Shown: piece by piece, positions 36,118 to 45,622 of the stretch
Position numbering within the stretch: position 1 is the first letter of the stretch
Layout of the letters: every line of letters begins with the position of its first letter
Assembly: GCA_004193555.1 (NCBI GenBank)
Contig: RPGP01000001.1
Location: forward strand, 192,114-256,113
Origin: Desulfobacteraceae bacterium Eth-SRB1
GTDB lineage: Bacteria; Desulfobacterota; Desulfobacteria; Desulfobacterales; ETH-SRB1
Length of the DNA stretch: 64,000 bases
Direction: 5' to 3'
The notes under the pieces: model-generated
The model's input: only the letters and a program-made list of their open reading frames with translations
Databases searched by the model: none
Told to the model about the DNA's origin: nothing
Translations under genes and position numbers: made by a program

Positions 36118-36363
36118 TTACCTCGTTGGCCCGGGAACAGTATAAGTAGTGCATGTGCCGGTTGAACATGTTCTGGTTTTCACATCTGCCTTCTTGCTTC
36201 CGGCAGAGCTGTCTGACATTGCATAGTTGGTTGTACTTACAATGCGTTCAAATACCGTAGAATTACATTTAGGACATTTTAATTCTAATTCATCATTTTT
36301 GTTCATTACAAGCAACTCGAAATACTCCTGGCATTTTAAACATTTATATTCATATATAGGCAT
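36118..36363 (-). CDS. FmdB family zinc ribbon protein
   Basis: The N-terminus is MPIYEYKCLKC with a second CPKC pair. Confidence 0.7.
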   Translation of the reverse strand: MPIYEYKCLKCQEYFELLVMNKNDELELKCPKCNSTVFERIVSTTNYAMSDSSAGSKKADVKTRTCSTGTCTTYTVPGPTR

Positions 36364-36410
36364 GGTCAAACTCCTTCATATTGATGAACTTAGCGCCCTT
36401 TAAGCGGGCT

Positions 36411-36547
36411 TAAAAGATGAACGTCGAACATCGAACGTTCAACATCGAATTTTGAATAAGGAATTCTACCAATTTATAAACTGGCGGAGCGAAGCGATTT
36501 CATCATTCGATGTTCAATGTTCGACGTTCGATATTCGATGTTCAAAA
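36411..36547. repeat. GAACATC-heptamer palindromic element (B-type) with core in inverse orientation
   Basis: The core aatttataaactggcggagcgaagcgatttc is the reverse complement of the B2/B3 core. Confidence 0.8.
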
Positions 36548-36625
36548 GAATTTTCACTCTACCGCTCCCACTTGGCAACCTATTGATAAAATTAATCATA
36601 AAATGGAAATTTCTATACTATCAAG

Positions 36626-36660
36626 TTAGCACGCCGAAGGCGTACCACAACTTTAGGCAC
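36626..36660. repeat. solo fragment identical to the inner left arm of the 4HB-carrying A element
   Basis: The reverse complement gtgcctaaagttgtggtacgccttcggcgtgctaa is identical to 24722-24756. Confidence 0.85.
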
Positions 36661-36671
36661 TTTTTACTCAT

Positions 36672-37262
36672 CTATACTATATATTCATCAAGGGCTTCCC
36701 TGACAATTTGAGCATTTTCAAACGATGAACCTTTGCTGTTGTCGATAATTATTTCAGCATCCGGGTTTTCCTCGTAGGGCACATCAACGCCGATTACTTT
36801 GCCAAGATCTTTAAACCGGGTTCCTTTTTCCTTTCGTTCCAGTGCGCGCACATACATTTGCGCTACGACCTTTCCCTTTTTGCGTTTTGATTCTCTTTCA
36901 ATGCAGGTTGAAAGGGGGCATTTTACCATTACTTCAACAAACCGCTTGATTTTTTTTCTCGCTCTTTCCCTGTATAAAAGTTTGTGAGCTGTTGCGTCTA
37001 TGATTAAATTCATTTTGTTCCGGACGCGTTCAAAGGCAAAATCAGCCAGTTTTTCGTAAACAAAATCACGTTCTTTGACTGTATATTGCGGATTTGCAAC
37101 ATACTGTTTTCGAATATAGTCCAGCTCAACCCTTTCGCATTTGACTCCGTTTTTGCTCAGCATCTGATAAACTAATTTTGAGATCTCGCTTTTACCGGAC
37201 CCTGGCAGACCTGTGAACCAGACAGCCCATCCGTTATTCGAGGTATCGGTTGATTTCATCAA
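36672..37262 (-). CDS. P-loop kinase, adenylylsulfate kinase-like (AAA_33/APS kinase family)
   Basis: The Walker A motif is GLPGSGKS. The ORF is 196 aa and overlaps the upstream kinase gene by 29 nt. Confidence 0.6.
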   Translation of the reverse strand: MMKSTDTSNNGWAVWFTGLPGSGKSEISKLVYQMLSKNGVKCERVELDYIRKQYVANPQYTVKERDFVYEKLADFAFERVRNKMNLIIDATAHKLLYRERARKKIKRFVEVMVKCPLSTCIERESKRKKGKVVAQMYVRALERKEKGTRFKDLGKVIGVDVPYEENPDAEIIIDNSKGSSFENAQIVREALDEYIV

Positions 37263-38331
37263 TATTTATCCTGTCTGTTGAAAGCACGTTCCTGATAAAG
37301 TTAAAAAGCTTTCTTCGTACTTCTTCCGGGTGATCGGGATACCATTCAGGAGAAGCGATTACCAAGCCTCGAAACGCGTAAAATGGCTGGATAACCTTAA
37401 AGATATCGTAATCATTTGTTCTGTCTAAATAGGTTTCCATATACATATCATGCAGCTTTTTGTATGGACCATCCAATTTGCCGTATTTTAAAATGGAATA
37501 AAGGAGATAGTTTATGCTCAATGTCGCAACATCATCGGCTGCTTCCCCGTATTCTCCGCGGCTGCGATCAAAGGTGGAAAAGTCGGTTCCTTCCCGAAAT
37601 TTTATATTCCATGGATGGAAATCGCCATGTTCCCGGCACAGGCGAGAGGTATGCTGCTTGAGCTTCCAGCGCCACTCAACACAGAGCTTTTCGATTTCAC
37701 AAAAAGTATCGTCACCACAGAATTTGTAATGTCGCGGATATCCGTCAACAATTCCCATTATGCATTCGCCATGACCTAAAAGATCTCTGACTTTTCTGAT
37801 ATAAAGATCCGGTTCATCCTTTTTTTCCTTATGCACATCCGCCAGATATTCGCCAAGGGTCTTTGCTCTCTCAAGATCTCTATTTGTAAGCGGCTCCTTA
37901 CTTAAACGCGCCAGGTCTAAATAGTAATCGGTTCCCTCCACCTTTTCGGTCAGTAAAAAATATGCTGAAGCATCACGAACAGAACAGGCGCCGCCATGCT
38001 CCGCAAAATAACCTATGTCAAGAGGTTTTGCATGCCTGGGAAGCTTCTGACCGGCATAATACTGAAACATTAATACATGTACTCTGTCCCACATATACTG
38101 GTGGCCGTACTTATCATTGCGCATGGTAGAAAAGACAACCGACCTGTCGATGCCGTCTTTGCGAAATGTAATTAAAAATGTATCTCCATAGCCCAATTTT
38201 TTTATTGTATCGTCAAATCCACCCAGTTTGTCGCTTCCTATCAGCTCCACAGGCCCGCCAAAACGTTCTTCAAGGTATTTTTTTAGCGCTTCGAGTCTTA
38301 TAGGTATGTTTTCTGTTGTTTCGTCTTTCAT
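37234..38331 (-). CDS. aminoglycoside phosphotransferase (APH)/protein-kinase-like family enzyme
   Basis: The catalytic loop is HGDFHPWN and a downstream D-containing motif (FDRSRGEYG) is present. Confidence 0.6.
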   Translation of the reverse strand: MKDETTENIPIRLEALKKYLEERFGGPVELIGSDKLGGFDDTIKKLGYGDTFLITFRKDGIDRSVVFSTMRNDKYGHQYMWDRVHVLMFQYYAGQKLPRHAKPLDIGYFAEHGGACSVRDASAYFLLTEKVEGTDYYLDLARLSKEPLTNRDLERAKTLGEYLADVHKEKKDEPDLYIRKVRDLLGHGECIMGIVDGYPRHYKFCGDDTFCEIEKLCVEWRWKLKQHTSRLCREHGDFHPWNIKFREGTDFSTFDRSRGEYGEAADDVATLSINYLLYSILKYGKLDGPYKKLHDMYMETYLDRTNDYDIFKVIQPFYAFRGLVIASPEWYPDHPEEVRRKLFNFIRNVLSTDRINIDEINRYLE

Positions 38332-38350
38332 GCTCTACTCCTTACAAAAA

Positions 38351-38421
38351 ATTGTCGATTGAAAATTGTCGATTGAAGATTGAAGGTCGTCTCTAAATCG
38401 ACAATCATCAATCATCAATCC
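38351..38421. repeat. GATTGA/TCGACAAT-type hairpin
   Basis: attgtcgattgaaaattgtcgattgaagattga pairs with tcgacaatcatcaatcatcaatcc. The hairpin overlaps the histidine kinase stop codon. Confidence 0.7.
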
Positions 38422-40601
38422 ATAACGGGCAATCTTACAACAAACCTGGCGCCATGTCCATCGGTGTTTTCAAGTGTTATGGCGCCTCCATGTTTCCGAA
38501 CAATTTCATGGCAGATATATAACCCAAGCCCTGTGCCTCTGCCGACCTCTTTTGTAGTAAAAAAAGGCTTGAAAATATTCTGTCTTATAGATTCCGGAAC
38601 ACCGTCCCCGGTATCCCTGCATTCAAAAAAAATCTGGTTCATATTATTATCATAACCGGTTGTAAGATAGATGCTTCCCTGTCTGTCGTCAACCGCCTGG
38701 ATGGCATTTTTTATTATATTCAGCGCAACCTGGCCTAAATTGGCAAAATTCCCCTGAATATCAGACAGATTCTCCGCATAGTTTTTAATTATATTAAGAT
38801 CGCTGTGCTTGTACTGGTTATATAGAATTCTTAATGCATCTTCTATAACAAGGTTTAAATTTACTGCTTCTGTATATGTTTGAGTCTGTCTGGAGAGCCC
38901 GAGAAGGCTCGCGACTATCAGCCTTGCTCTGTCAAGCTCTTTATCTGCAAACTTAAGATCATTTATTATATCTTGATCCAAAGGCATTTTGTTATCCCAT
39001 TGAGATAAATCTTCTATTGTTGATTGTATAAGGCTTGTAACACTTGTAAGCGGGTTATTCAGCTCATGGGCGGTTCCCGCAACTAATTGGCCGATTGCAG
39101 CAAGGCTCTCCGAACGTATTAACTGTTCCTGTGTCCGTTCTTTTTCAGATAAAGCCTCTTGAAGAGCAAAAGTCCTTTCTTCCACCTTTTTTTCAAGGTT
39201 TTTGTTTAGGTCATCAATCAGTTTGTAGGATCGCGCATTTTCAACAGCCACCGCGCATTGACTGGATAATGTTTCAAGAAGGTCCATATCCTCTGGTGTA
39301 AAAAGATCTCCGGAAAGCTTTTCACCAAGGACAATGAAACCGTTTAATCTTTTATCGAAAATCATTGGGAAAACTGTTTCTGCATATAGCCTGTTCATAT
39401 CTGAAAGCACGTCCGGGATATCAGGGTCGCCTGATCGCTCCATAAGTTTTTTCTTTATTGCCGGCAGCCCTTGCCTTTTAATATGTTGAATAATGGAATC
39501 ACTACCGGTCATTGATATAGAACTTACGAAATTACAATATTTCCCCTGAGCCGCAAAATATTTACACCCAAAATCCGACAAATCGCATAAAAACAGGGCG
39601 CAGTAATCAACCTTCATTACATTTACAACCGTATCCATAAGATGTTTGGCTATTTCATCAAGATCAAGAACAGAGGCTATCATCCGGCTTACATTTTTGA
39701 TTGTTTTTTTGTAGTCATACTTTCCTTTTGAGAAGATACTATCTATCAGCCCCTGTATTTTTGCTTTTAGAGGCCCAATTGCAAAAGCAATCAAAAGGAA
39801 AAAGAGCAGATGGAAAAACATTGAATCGGAAAAGTCAAAACCGGTAAAAAGCCTGTTTGTAAAAGTAATAATCAGAGCATACAAACAGGTAAGCAGCGCT
39901 GTTATCAACGAATAAACCAGGCTTTTTTTGATAAGCACTCCCATATCGAGCAGATCGTGCTTAAAAAGACCAACCGCAAAAATCACCAAAGGAATAAAGC
40001 TGAAGTTACCCGGAGGATATACTGAATATCCTAAAATCGGAAGAACGTTCAGCCCGTTCATAACCCCCATGACTCCAAATCCTGCAAAAACATATTTCAG
40101 CCTGTTTTTCTGGACGCTGCTTTTTTCATTGCGGATTGCTTGGTAGATAAGTGTAAGGACAATTATGGTTACGCACAAACCTCCGATTCCGAAAAGAGGA
40201 TAAAGTGCTCCGCCCTTTGCAAAAAAACCAAATGTATATTTTTGCATCGACTCGATATAAAGCGGCGTGGGAATAAACCACATAAGGATAAAAGCAAAAG
40301 CATATGCAAGCCGGACAAGCCATTTTTTGCCGGGAATGTTAAGGTATGAATGAAAAAAGTGGATATATACCGGGAAAAGATAAATTATAAAAAAATGATC
40401 TATACGGCTGATCATTAAAGCTGTTTCAGATGATGTTGCATTAAAGGCAAAAAGAATATCAAAGTAAAGAAAGGAGCCGAACATACAGATTATTATAAAA
40501 AGGAAGTTGACCTTTGTTTTGCGACCACGCAAAACAGTCAGGACGGCAAGCCCTAAGAAACAGCACAATGTCAAAAATGGCGGAAGGCTATATAGATTCA
40601 T
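38415..40601 (-). CDS. sensor histidine kinase with N-terminal 7TM receptor region and GAF domain
   Basis: Multiple TM helices are followed by a GAF-like region. The HisKA H-box is AHELNNPL and HATPase_c carries GTGLGL. Confidence 0.8.
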   Translation of the reverse strand: MNLYSLPPFLTLCCFLGLAVLTVLRGRKTKVNFLFIIICMFGSFLYFDILFAFNATSSETALMISRIDHFFIIYLFPVYIHFFHSYLNIPGKKWLVRLAYAFAFILMWFIPTPLYIESMQKYTFGFFAKGGALYPLFGIGGLCVTIIVLTLIYQAIRNEKSSVQKNRLKYVFAGFGVMGVMNGLNVLPILGYSVYPPGNFSFIPLVIFAVGLFKHDLLDMGVLIKKSLVYSLITALLTCLYALIITFTNRLFTGFDFSDSMFFHLLFFLLIAFAIGPLKAKIQGLIDSIFSKGKYDYKKTIKNVSRMIASVLDLDEIAKHLMDTVVNVMKVDYCALFLCDLSDFGCKYFAAQGKYCNFVSSISMTGSDSIIQHIKRQGLPAIKKKLMERSGDPDIPDVLSDMNRLYAETVFPMIFDKRLNGFIVLGEKLSGDLFTPEDMDLLETLSSQCAVAVENARSYKLIDDLNKNLEKKVEERTFALQEALSEKERTQEQLIRSESLAAIGQLVAGTAHELNNPLTSVTSLIQSTIEDLSQWDNKMPLDQDIINDLKFADKELDRARLIVASLLGLSRQTQTYTEAVNLNLVIEDALRILYNQYKHSDLNIIKNYAENLSDIQGNFANLGQVALNIIKNAIQAVDDRQGSIYLTTGYDNNMNQIFFECRDTGDGVPESIRQNIFKPFFTTKEVGRGTGLGLYICHEIVRKHGGAITLENTDGHGARFVVRLPVMD

Positions 40602-42313
40602 TATTCAGTTGTTTTTACACACGCCAGCAGCTCACGCGCATGATCCAGTGTTGTCTTTGTAATTTTTATACCACCTAACATTCTGGCTAATTCTTTTATA
40701 CGTTCTTCTTTGTTTAGCGGGTTTATATCGGTTTTAGTTCTGCCGCGTGAAACAGTTTTCGATATTCTGAAATGATGATCGCCGAATTTTGCAATCTGCG
40801 GCAGATGAGTTATGCATATAATCTGGTGATAACCGGCAAGAGCAGACAGCTTCTTTCCGACAACTTCAGCCACCTTGCCGCCGATCCCTGCGTCAACCTC
40901 GTCAAAAACAAGGGTTTCAACCGATTCTGTTTTAGCGAGAATTGCCTTTAGAGCAAGCACTACCCTTGAAAGTTCACCTCCTGAAACAATGCCGGATAGC
41001 GGTTTTAACGCCTCTCCTACATTCGGAGCTATTATAAATACAGCGCGATCCATTCCTGTTTCATTTATTACATTTCCATCGGTTGTAAGGTGAGGATCTG
41101 CATTACTGTCTGCCGGCATTGTTTGAAGAGATATTTGAAATTTCGCCTTGGGCATTTCAAGTGTAGTTAGCTCCTTTTCCAGTTTTTCTGCAAGGGTTTT
41201 TGCCGTCTGTTTTCTTTTCGCAGAAAGGTGTGTTGACGCCTTGGTTAGCCTGTTATGCAGATTAAATATCATTGCTTCGGTTTCATCTATCTTTACAGAA
41301 ATATTTTCAATGCCTGAAATTTCGTGATCAATTGATTCAAGATAAGTTAGCGCCGCCTCAAGAGATCCCCCGTATTTGCGCTTTAGCTTATTTAGCGTAT
41401 CAAGGCGTTCTTCAACCTCTTCGAGCCTTTTTTCATCAATCTGTATGCTGTCCATGTAAGTTCTAAGTTCTTCGGCAATATCCTCAATATTAAAAGTCGC
41501 TTCAGAGATCCTTCCTGCTTTGGATAAGAGTTCCGTGTCAATCCGGCACGCCTTTTCAAGACTTTTCTTTACCTCAACAAGCCTTTCAATAATTGCGCCC
41601 TGGGCGCTGTAAAGTTCATCAACTGAAGCGCGGACAGACCGGTAAAGCTCTTCTCCGTTTTTAAGACGCAATTTTTCCTGCTCAAGCATTGTATCCTCGT
41701 CAAGGCTGATCGAAGCTTCTACAATCTCTTTTTTCTGAAACTCAAGCAGTTTAATGTGTTCGCCCTGTTTATCTTTTAGGGCGTTAAGCTCTCTTAATTC
41801 CCGGATCAAAGGAACTATTTCGTGATAATACCTGTAAATTTCGTGACGCAAAGGCATTAAACCGCCGAACTGATCAAGCACAATCAGGTGCTGATCTTCC
41901 TTTAAAAGCCCCTGGTGTGCGTGCTGGCCGGATATGCTGGCCATATTTTCAGTTATTGAATTCAGCATCTGTATGGTGGCAAGGTGTCCGTTGATATAAA
42001 TCCTGTGTCTGTCTTTGCGGGAAATAATTCTTCTTATTAACAGCCCTTCTGATGTATTAAAGCCATGGTCCTTCAAAACTTCGGCAATCCTGCTTTTTTT
42101 TGAAATTTGAAATAAAGCTTCAAGCTCGGCAGTATCGGAACCGGTTCGAATAAGCCTGGATGTCGCTCTGCTGCCAAGCAGCAAATTTACCGCATTTATT
42201 ATAATAGACTTGCCGGCGCCTGTTTCACCGCTTAATATCGTCAGCCCCTCTGAAAAACATATATGCAGGTTGTCGATTATTGCAAAATTTTTAATGGAAA
42301 GCTCTCTAAGCAT
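40601..42313 (-). CDS. recN: DNA repair protein RecN
   Basis: The N-terminus is MLRELSIKNFAIID. Walker A GETGAGKS, a coiled-coil middle and the C-terminal signature SGGELSR are present. Confidence 0.95.
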   Translation of the reverse strand: MLRELSIKNFAIIDNLHICFSEGLTILSGETGAGKSIIINAVNLLLGSRATSRLIRTGSDTAELEALFQISKKSRIAEVLKDHGFNTSEGLLIRRIISRKDRHRIYINGHLATIQMLNSITENMASISGQHAHQGLLKEDQHLIVLDQFGGLMPLRHEIYRYYHEIVPLIRELRELNALKDKQGEHIKLLEFQKKEIVEASISLDEDTMLEQEKLRLKNGEELYRSVRASVDELYSAQGAIIERLVEVKKSLEKACRIDTELLSKAGRISEATFNIEDIAEELRTYMDSIQIDEKRLEEVEERLDTLNKLKRKYGGSLEAALTYLESIDHEISGIENISVKIDETEAMIFNLHNRLTKASTHLSAKRKQTAKTLAEKLEKELTTLEMPKAKFQISLQTMPADSNADPHLTTDGNVINETGMDRAVFIIAPNVGEALKPLSGIVSGGELSRVVLALKAILAKTESVETLVFDEVDAGIGGKVAEVVGKKLSALAGYHQIICITHLPQIAKFGDHHFRISKTVSRGRTKTDINPLNKEERIKELARMLGGIKITKTTLDHARELLACVKTTE

Positions 42314-42487
42314 AAAAGAAATATTGCATAACCTTCTTTATTTGTAAAGTTACTTATACTGGTTTTAACCTCCTTCTGAACCTGTGAACGGTTACGAAAA
42401 TCCTTTACACAAGAAACAATGCTGGTATATATCTAATAATCGTTCACGGTTGAAAAAAACAAGCCGAACTAAAATTTATTATCTCGT

Positions 42488-42626
42488 GTCCATCCACAAG
42501 TGGTAGATTTTGGTTCCCGGCAAGGCTCGAGCGTTTTTGCAACCGCAGGCATAGTGCGCCTATTCCGAGGATTGCAAAAAAGCGAGAACGCCGCCAGGGG
42601 CCGAAAGAGGCCATTTGTGGATGGAC
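42488..42626 (+). other. 139-nt candidate structured element in the iorA leader
   Basis: A 16-bp closing stem pairs gtccatccacaagtgg (42488-42503) with ccatttgtggatggac (42611-42626), with one G-U pair. It encloses the nested helices gcgtttttgcaa/ttgcaaaaaagcg and aggc/gcct. Confidence 0.4.
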
Positions 42627-42652
42627 GCTATCTAAAATTCAGAGGAAATACA

Positions 42653-44503
42653 ATGCACAAACTATTAACCGAAAACCCTGGCAAAAAAATGCTGCTTCTT
42701 GGCAATGAAGCTATCGCCCGCGGGGCAATTGAGGCTGGAGTAGCTGTTGCAACCACATATCCCGGCACACCTTCTTCAGAAATTTCTTTGAACCTTTTCC
42801 AAATGTCCCTGGAAAGCGATCTTTATTTCGAATACAGCACTAATGAAAAAGTGGCTCTTGAAGTAGCGGCTGCCACTGCGAATTCAGGAATTCGCAGTCT
42901 GTGCATAATGAAGCATGTAGGAATGAATGTTGCCTCTGATGCCCTGATGACCCTTGCTTATGTTGGAGTGAAGGGAGGCCTGGTAATCATAACGGCAGAC
43001 GACCCTTTCATGTTCTCCAGCCAGAACGAACAGGATAACCGTTATTATGCCGTTCTTTCAGGCCTTCCCATGCTTGAACCATCTTCGATTGAAGAAGCAA
43101 AAGATATGCTCGGCTATGCATTTGATCTTTCTGAAGAGCTGCAGGAGCCGGTTATATTCAGAACCACAACCAGAATCAACCATTCCAACGCTGTTGTTGT
43201 TTTTGGAGAGATAAAGAAACGCATAACTACAGGTGATTTCCAAAAGGACCCCTTCAACTATGTGACAGTGCCCGCTGTTTCCAGAAAGCTGCATGCAAAA
43301 CTGCTGAAGAACCTTGAAAAAGCTGAGACAATATCCGAAAAGAGCAAATATAATTTCATTACAGGAGACGGTAATCTGGGCATTATATGCAATGGAGTCA
43401 GTTATAACTATGTATATGACGCATTAAACGACCTGAATTTGAAAGACAGGGTTAAAATACTTCGCATAGGGTTTTCGCATCCCATGCCTGGAGCTATGAT
43501 AAAAGATTTCTTAAAAGGGTGTGAAAAGGTTCTTGTTGTCGAGGAAGGAGAGCCTTACATGGAAGAAAGCGTAAAGGCGCTTGCCCAGGAAGAGGGGCTA
43601 ACCCTGTCGATAAGAGGAAAAGGAAAAGATCTCTTTTCGCATCTTTACGAATTTAACCCGGGCCTTGTCAGGAAATGTCTATCAAAATACTTTGGCGTTG
43701 AATTTACGCCGCCCGCAGTCCCCGATCTTTCCGATATCCCCGAAATTCCGATGCGTCCGCCCAACCTGTGTGCCGGCTGCTCCCACAGGGCCACATATTA
43801 TGAGGTTAAAAAAGCGGCTGAAGGTATGGATACAATTTGTCCAATAGATATAGGCTGCTATACCCTTGGGTTTCTGCCGCCCCTGTCTATGGGAGATTTC
43901 CTGATATGTATGGGTTCTTCTGTAGGCACGTCATGCGGGTTTTCAAAGGTTACGCAGAAAAAAGTCATTGGATTTATAGGTGACTCCACCTTTTTCCATT
44001 CAGGGATGCCAGGGCTGGCAAATGCCGTTTTCAATAACCATAATTTTACGCTAATAATTTTAGACAATGGAACTACCGCAATGACCGGGCATCAACCAAA
44101 CCCGGGCGTTGACATGAAAAAGTTAAACCTTGACGGGTATAATCAGATTTCTATTGAAAAGGTTGTGAGGTCTTTGGGCGTATCCCATGTTTCCGTTATC
44201 AGGCCGTACAAGGTGCAAAAAAGCATAGAAGCCATAAAAGAGGCTCTGAATGTAAAAGGTGTTTCAGTTATTATATCAAGGCAGATGTGCTCTCTGTATG
44301 CAAAAAGCTTGAAAAAGCTTAAGGCTCTGCCTTTTTATATCAGTGATAAATGCAAAAATCACAGAACCTGCGTCAATGAATTAGCATGTCCGGCCTTTTA
44401 TATTCAGGATGAAAAGGTTGAAATAGATCCTGTAATGTGTGTGGGATGCGCTGTTTGCGCTCAGTTATGCCCGGAAAAGGCGATTTTGCCGCTAAAAAAG
44501 TAA
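42653..44503 (+). CDS. iorA: indolepyruvate:ferredoxin oxidoreductase alpha subunit
   Basis: The N-terminus is LLLGNEAIARGAIEAG and a TPP-binding GDSTFFHSG motif is present. The C-terminus has 2x CxxCxxC ferredoxin motifs. The start is at MHKLL after AGAGGA. Confidence 0.9.
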   Translation: MHKLLTENPGKKMLLLGNEAIARGAIEAGVAVATTYPGTPSSEISLNLFQMSLESDLYFEYSTNEKVALEVAAATANSGIRSLCIMKHVGMNVASDALMTLAYVGVKGGLVIITADDPFMFSSQNEQDNRYYAVLSGLPMLEPSSIEEAKDMLGYAFDLSEELQEPVIFRTTTRINHSNAVVVFGEIKKRITTGDFQKDPFNYVTVPAVSRKLHAKLLKNLEKAETISEKSKYNFITGDGNLGIICNGVSYNYVYDALNDLNLKDRVKILRIGFSHPMPGAMIKDFLKGCEKVLVVEEGEPYMEESVKALAQEEGLTLSIRGKGKDLFSHLYEFNPGLVRKCLSKYFGVEFTPPAVPDLSDIPEIPMRPPNLCAGCSHRATYYEVKKAAEGMDTICPIDIGCYTLGFLPPLSMGDFLICMGSSVGTSCGFSKVTQKKVIGFIGDSTFFHSGMPGLANAVFNNHNFTLIILDNGTTAMTGHQPNPGVDMKKLNLDGYNQISIEKVVRSLGVSHVSVIRPYKVQKSIEAIKEALNVKGVSVIISRQMCSLYAKSLKKLKALPFYISDKCKNHRTCVNELACPAFYIQDEKVEIDPVMCVGCAVCAQLCPEKAILPLKK

Positions 44504-44569
44504 AAACACAGAACATCACGGGCAGGAGGCAAAAAGGGGCGTTTTCAAAGGTCCCTTAAAGGTTTCATA

Positions 44570-45328
44570 TTAATAAGCAGGTTGCAGAATCTTTGTGTCT
44601 ACCTCTTCCCTCAGTGGTTGGAATTCAATTCCAAGGTATGTTGCAAACGCAATTCTAAAAAACTCTGTTGCCCTGCGTCTGAGTTTTAGAAAATCATCGG
44701 TATCAATCGCATGTGTTTTTCTGATTTGTTCAAGCTTTTCTATATGCCTGACCTCCTCCATTTCCCTGCCGTCAAGACTATATTGGACAACGTCTAAGGC
44801 AAGGGCAAAGAGCTCCTTAACTGTTTCAAAATAGCTTTTTTTGTGGTCTTTATAGTGCATTAGACTGTCCCCCCAAAAGTCAGGATTTTCGATCTGGTTT
44901 TCCGTGGTTTCCCGAAAATTATCGGAAGGAATGAGGGAGACAAGGAGTGTGTAAATTTTTTTTAAAACCGGTTTAACAAGCGCTGTATTGCCTGCCATTG
45001 GAAATATCAGCTCGTTCATGATTTCCTGGAATTCAACATTGAGTTCTTCACATTCATAAGACAGTGCCTGGCCCAACTTTTCCATTCGCTTTTCATCAGC
45101 CTTATCCTCTTCCGGCCGAATATTCGGAAGATCGGAGTGCTCTTTGATTGAGCGAAAAATTAAAAAGTTAGCCATTATAGATACAACATATAACAGCCCG
45201 GAGGCGTTATCTATGTCAACATCCCGTTTCAGCAAAAACTGCTGTATTTCTGTTTTCATGGGATGTTCTTTTGCTGTTTCAGATTGCTTTTTTGCTTTTT
45301 CTCGCTTTAGTCTGCTTTTTTTCCCCAT
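44570..45328 (-). CDS. hypothetical protein (lysine-rich N-terminus), inserted between iorA and iorB
   Basis: The 252-aa ORF is on the opposite strand to the flanking genes. No family was recognised. Confidence 0.5.
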   Translation of the reverse strand: MGKKSRLKREKAKKQSETAKEHPMKTEIQQFLLKRDVDIDNASGLLYVVSIMANFLIFRSIKEHSDLPNIRPEEDKADEKRMEKLGQALSYECEELNVEFQEIMNELIFPMAGNTALVKPVLKKIYTLLVSLIPSDNFRETTENQIENPDFWGDSLMHYKDHKKSYFETVKELFALALDVVQYSLDGREMEEVRHIEKLEQIRKTHAIDTDDFLKLRRRATEFFRIAFATYLGIEFQPLREEVDTKILQPAY

Positions 45329-45622
45329 AACTTCTCCTGAATTTGGATTAATGGTTCGCCCTAAGCTGATTTATCGTAATTTGTTATTTGCAGCTATCAA
45401 AAAAGACTGTTACTGTCAATCAGAGTATAAACTTTGCTGACAAAATTCTTGATTTGAAGGTTTGACTTAAATATTTTCCGGCAGGCGGGTGAATCGTGGT
45501 GACAAAGAGGAGAAGTAAAGGAAAAACTTGCAATAAGGGGCGTGACACAGTATGGTTATTACAAAATAAATACAGGCGTAATCAAAATTTTAGTGAATAA
45601 ACCGAAAAACAGGACTAACACA

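Noticed and set aside
42314-42480. I looked for an SOS (LexA) box upstream of recN.
   Set aside because: No convincing palindrome matches any LexA consensus I know. GTAA-AG-TTAC at about 42350 has the wrong spacing and half-site order for the TTAC-N3-GTAA type.
42488-42626. I considered whether the structured element upstream of iorA is a retron msr/msd.
   Set aside because: No reverse transcriptase gene lies nearby, and the flanking inverted repeat alone is insufficient. It is kept only as an unclassified structured leader.
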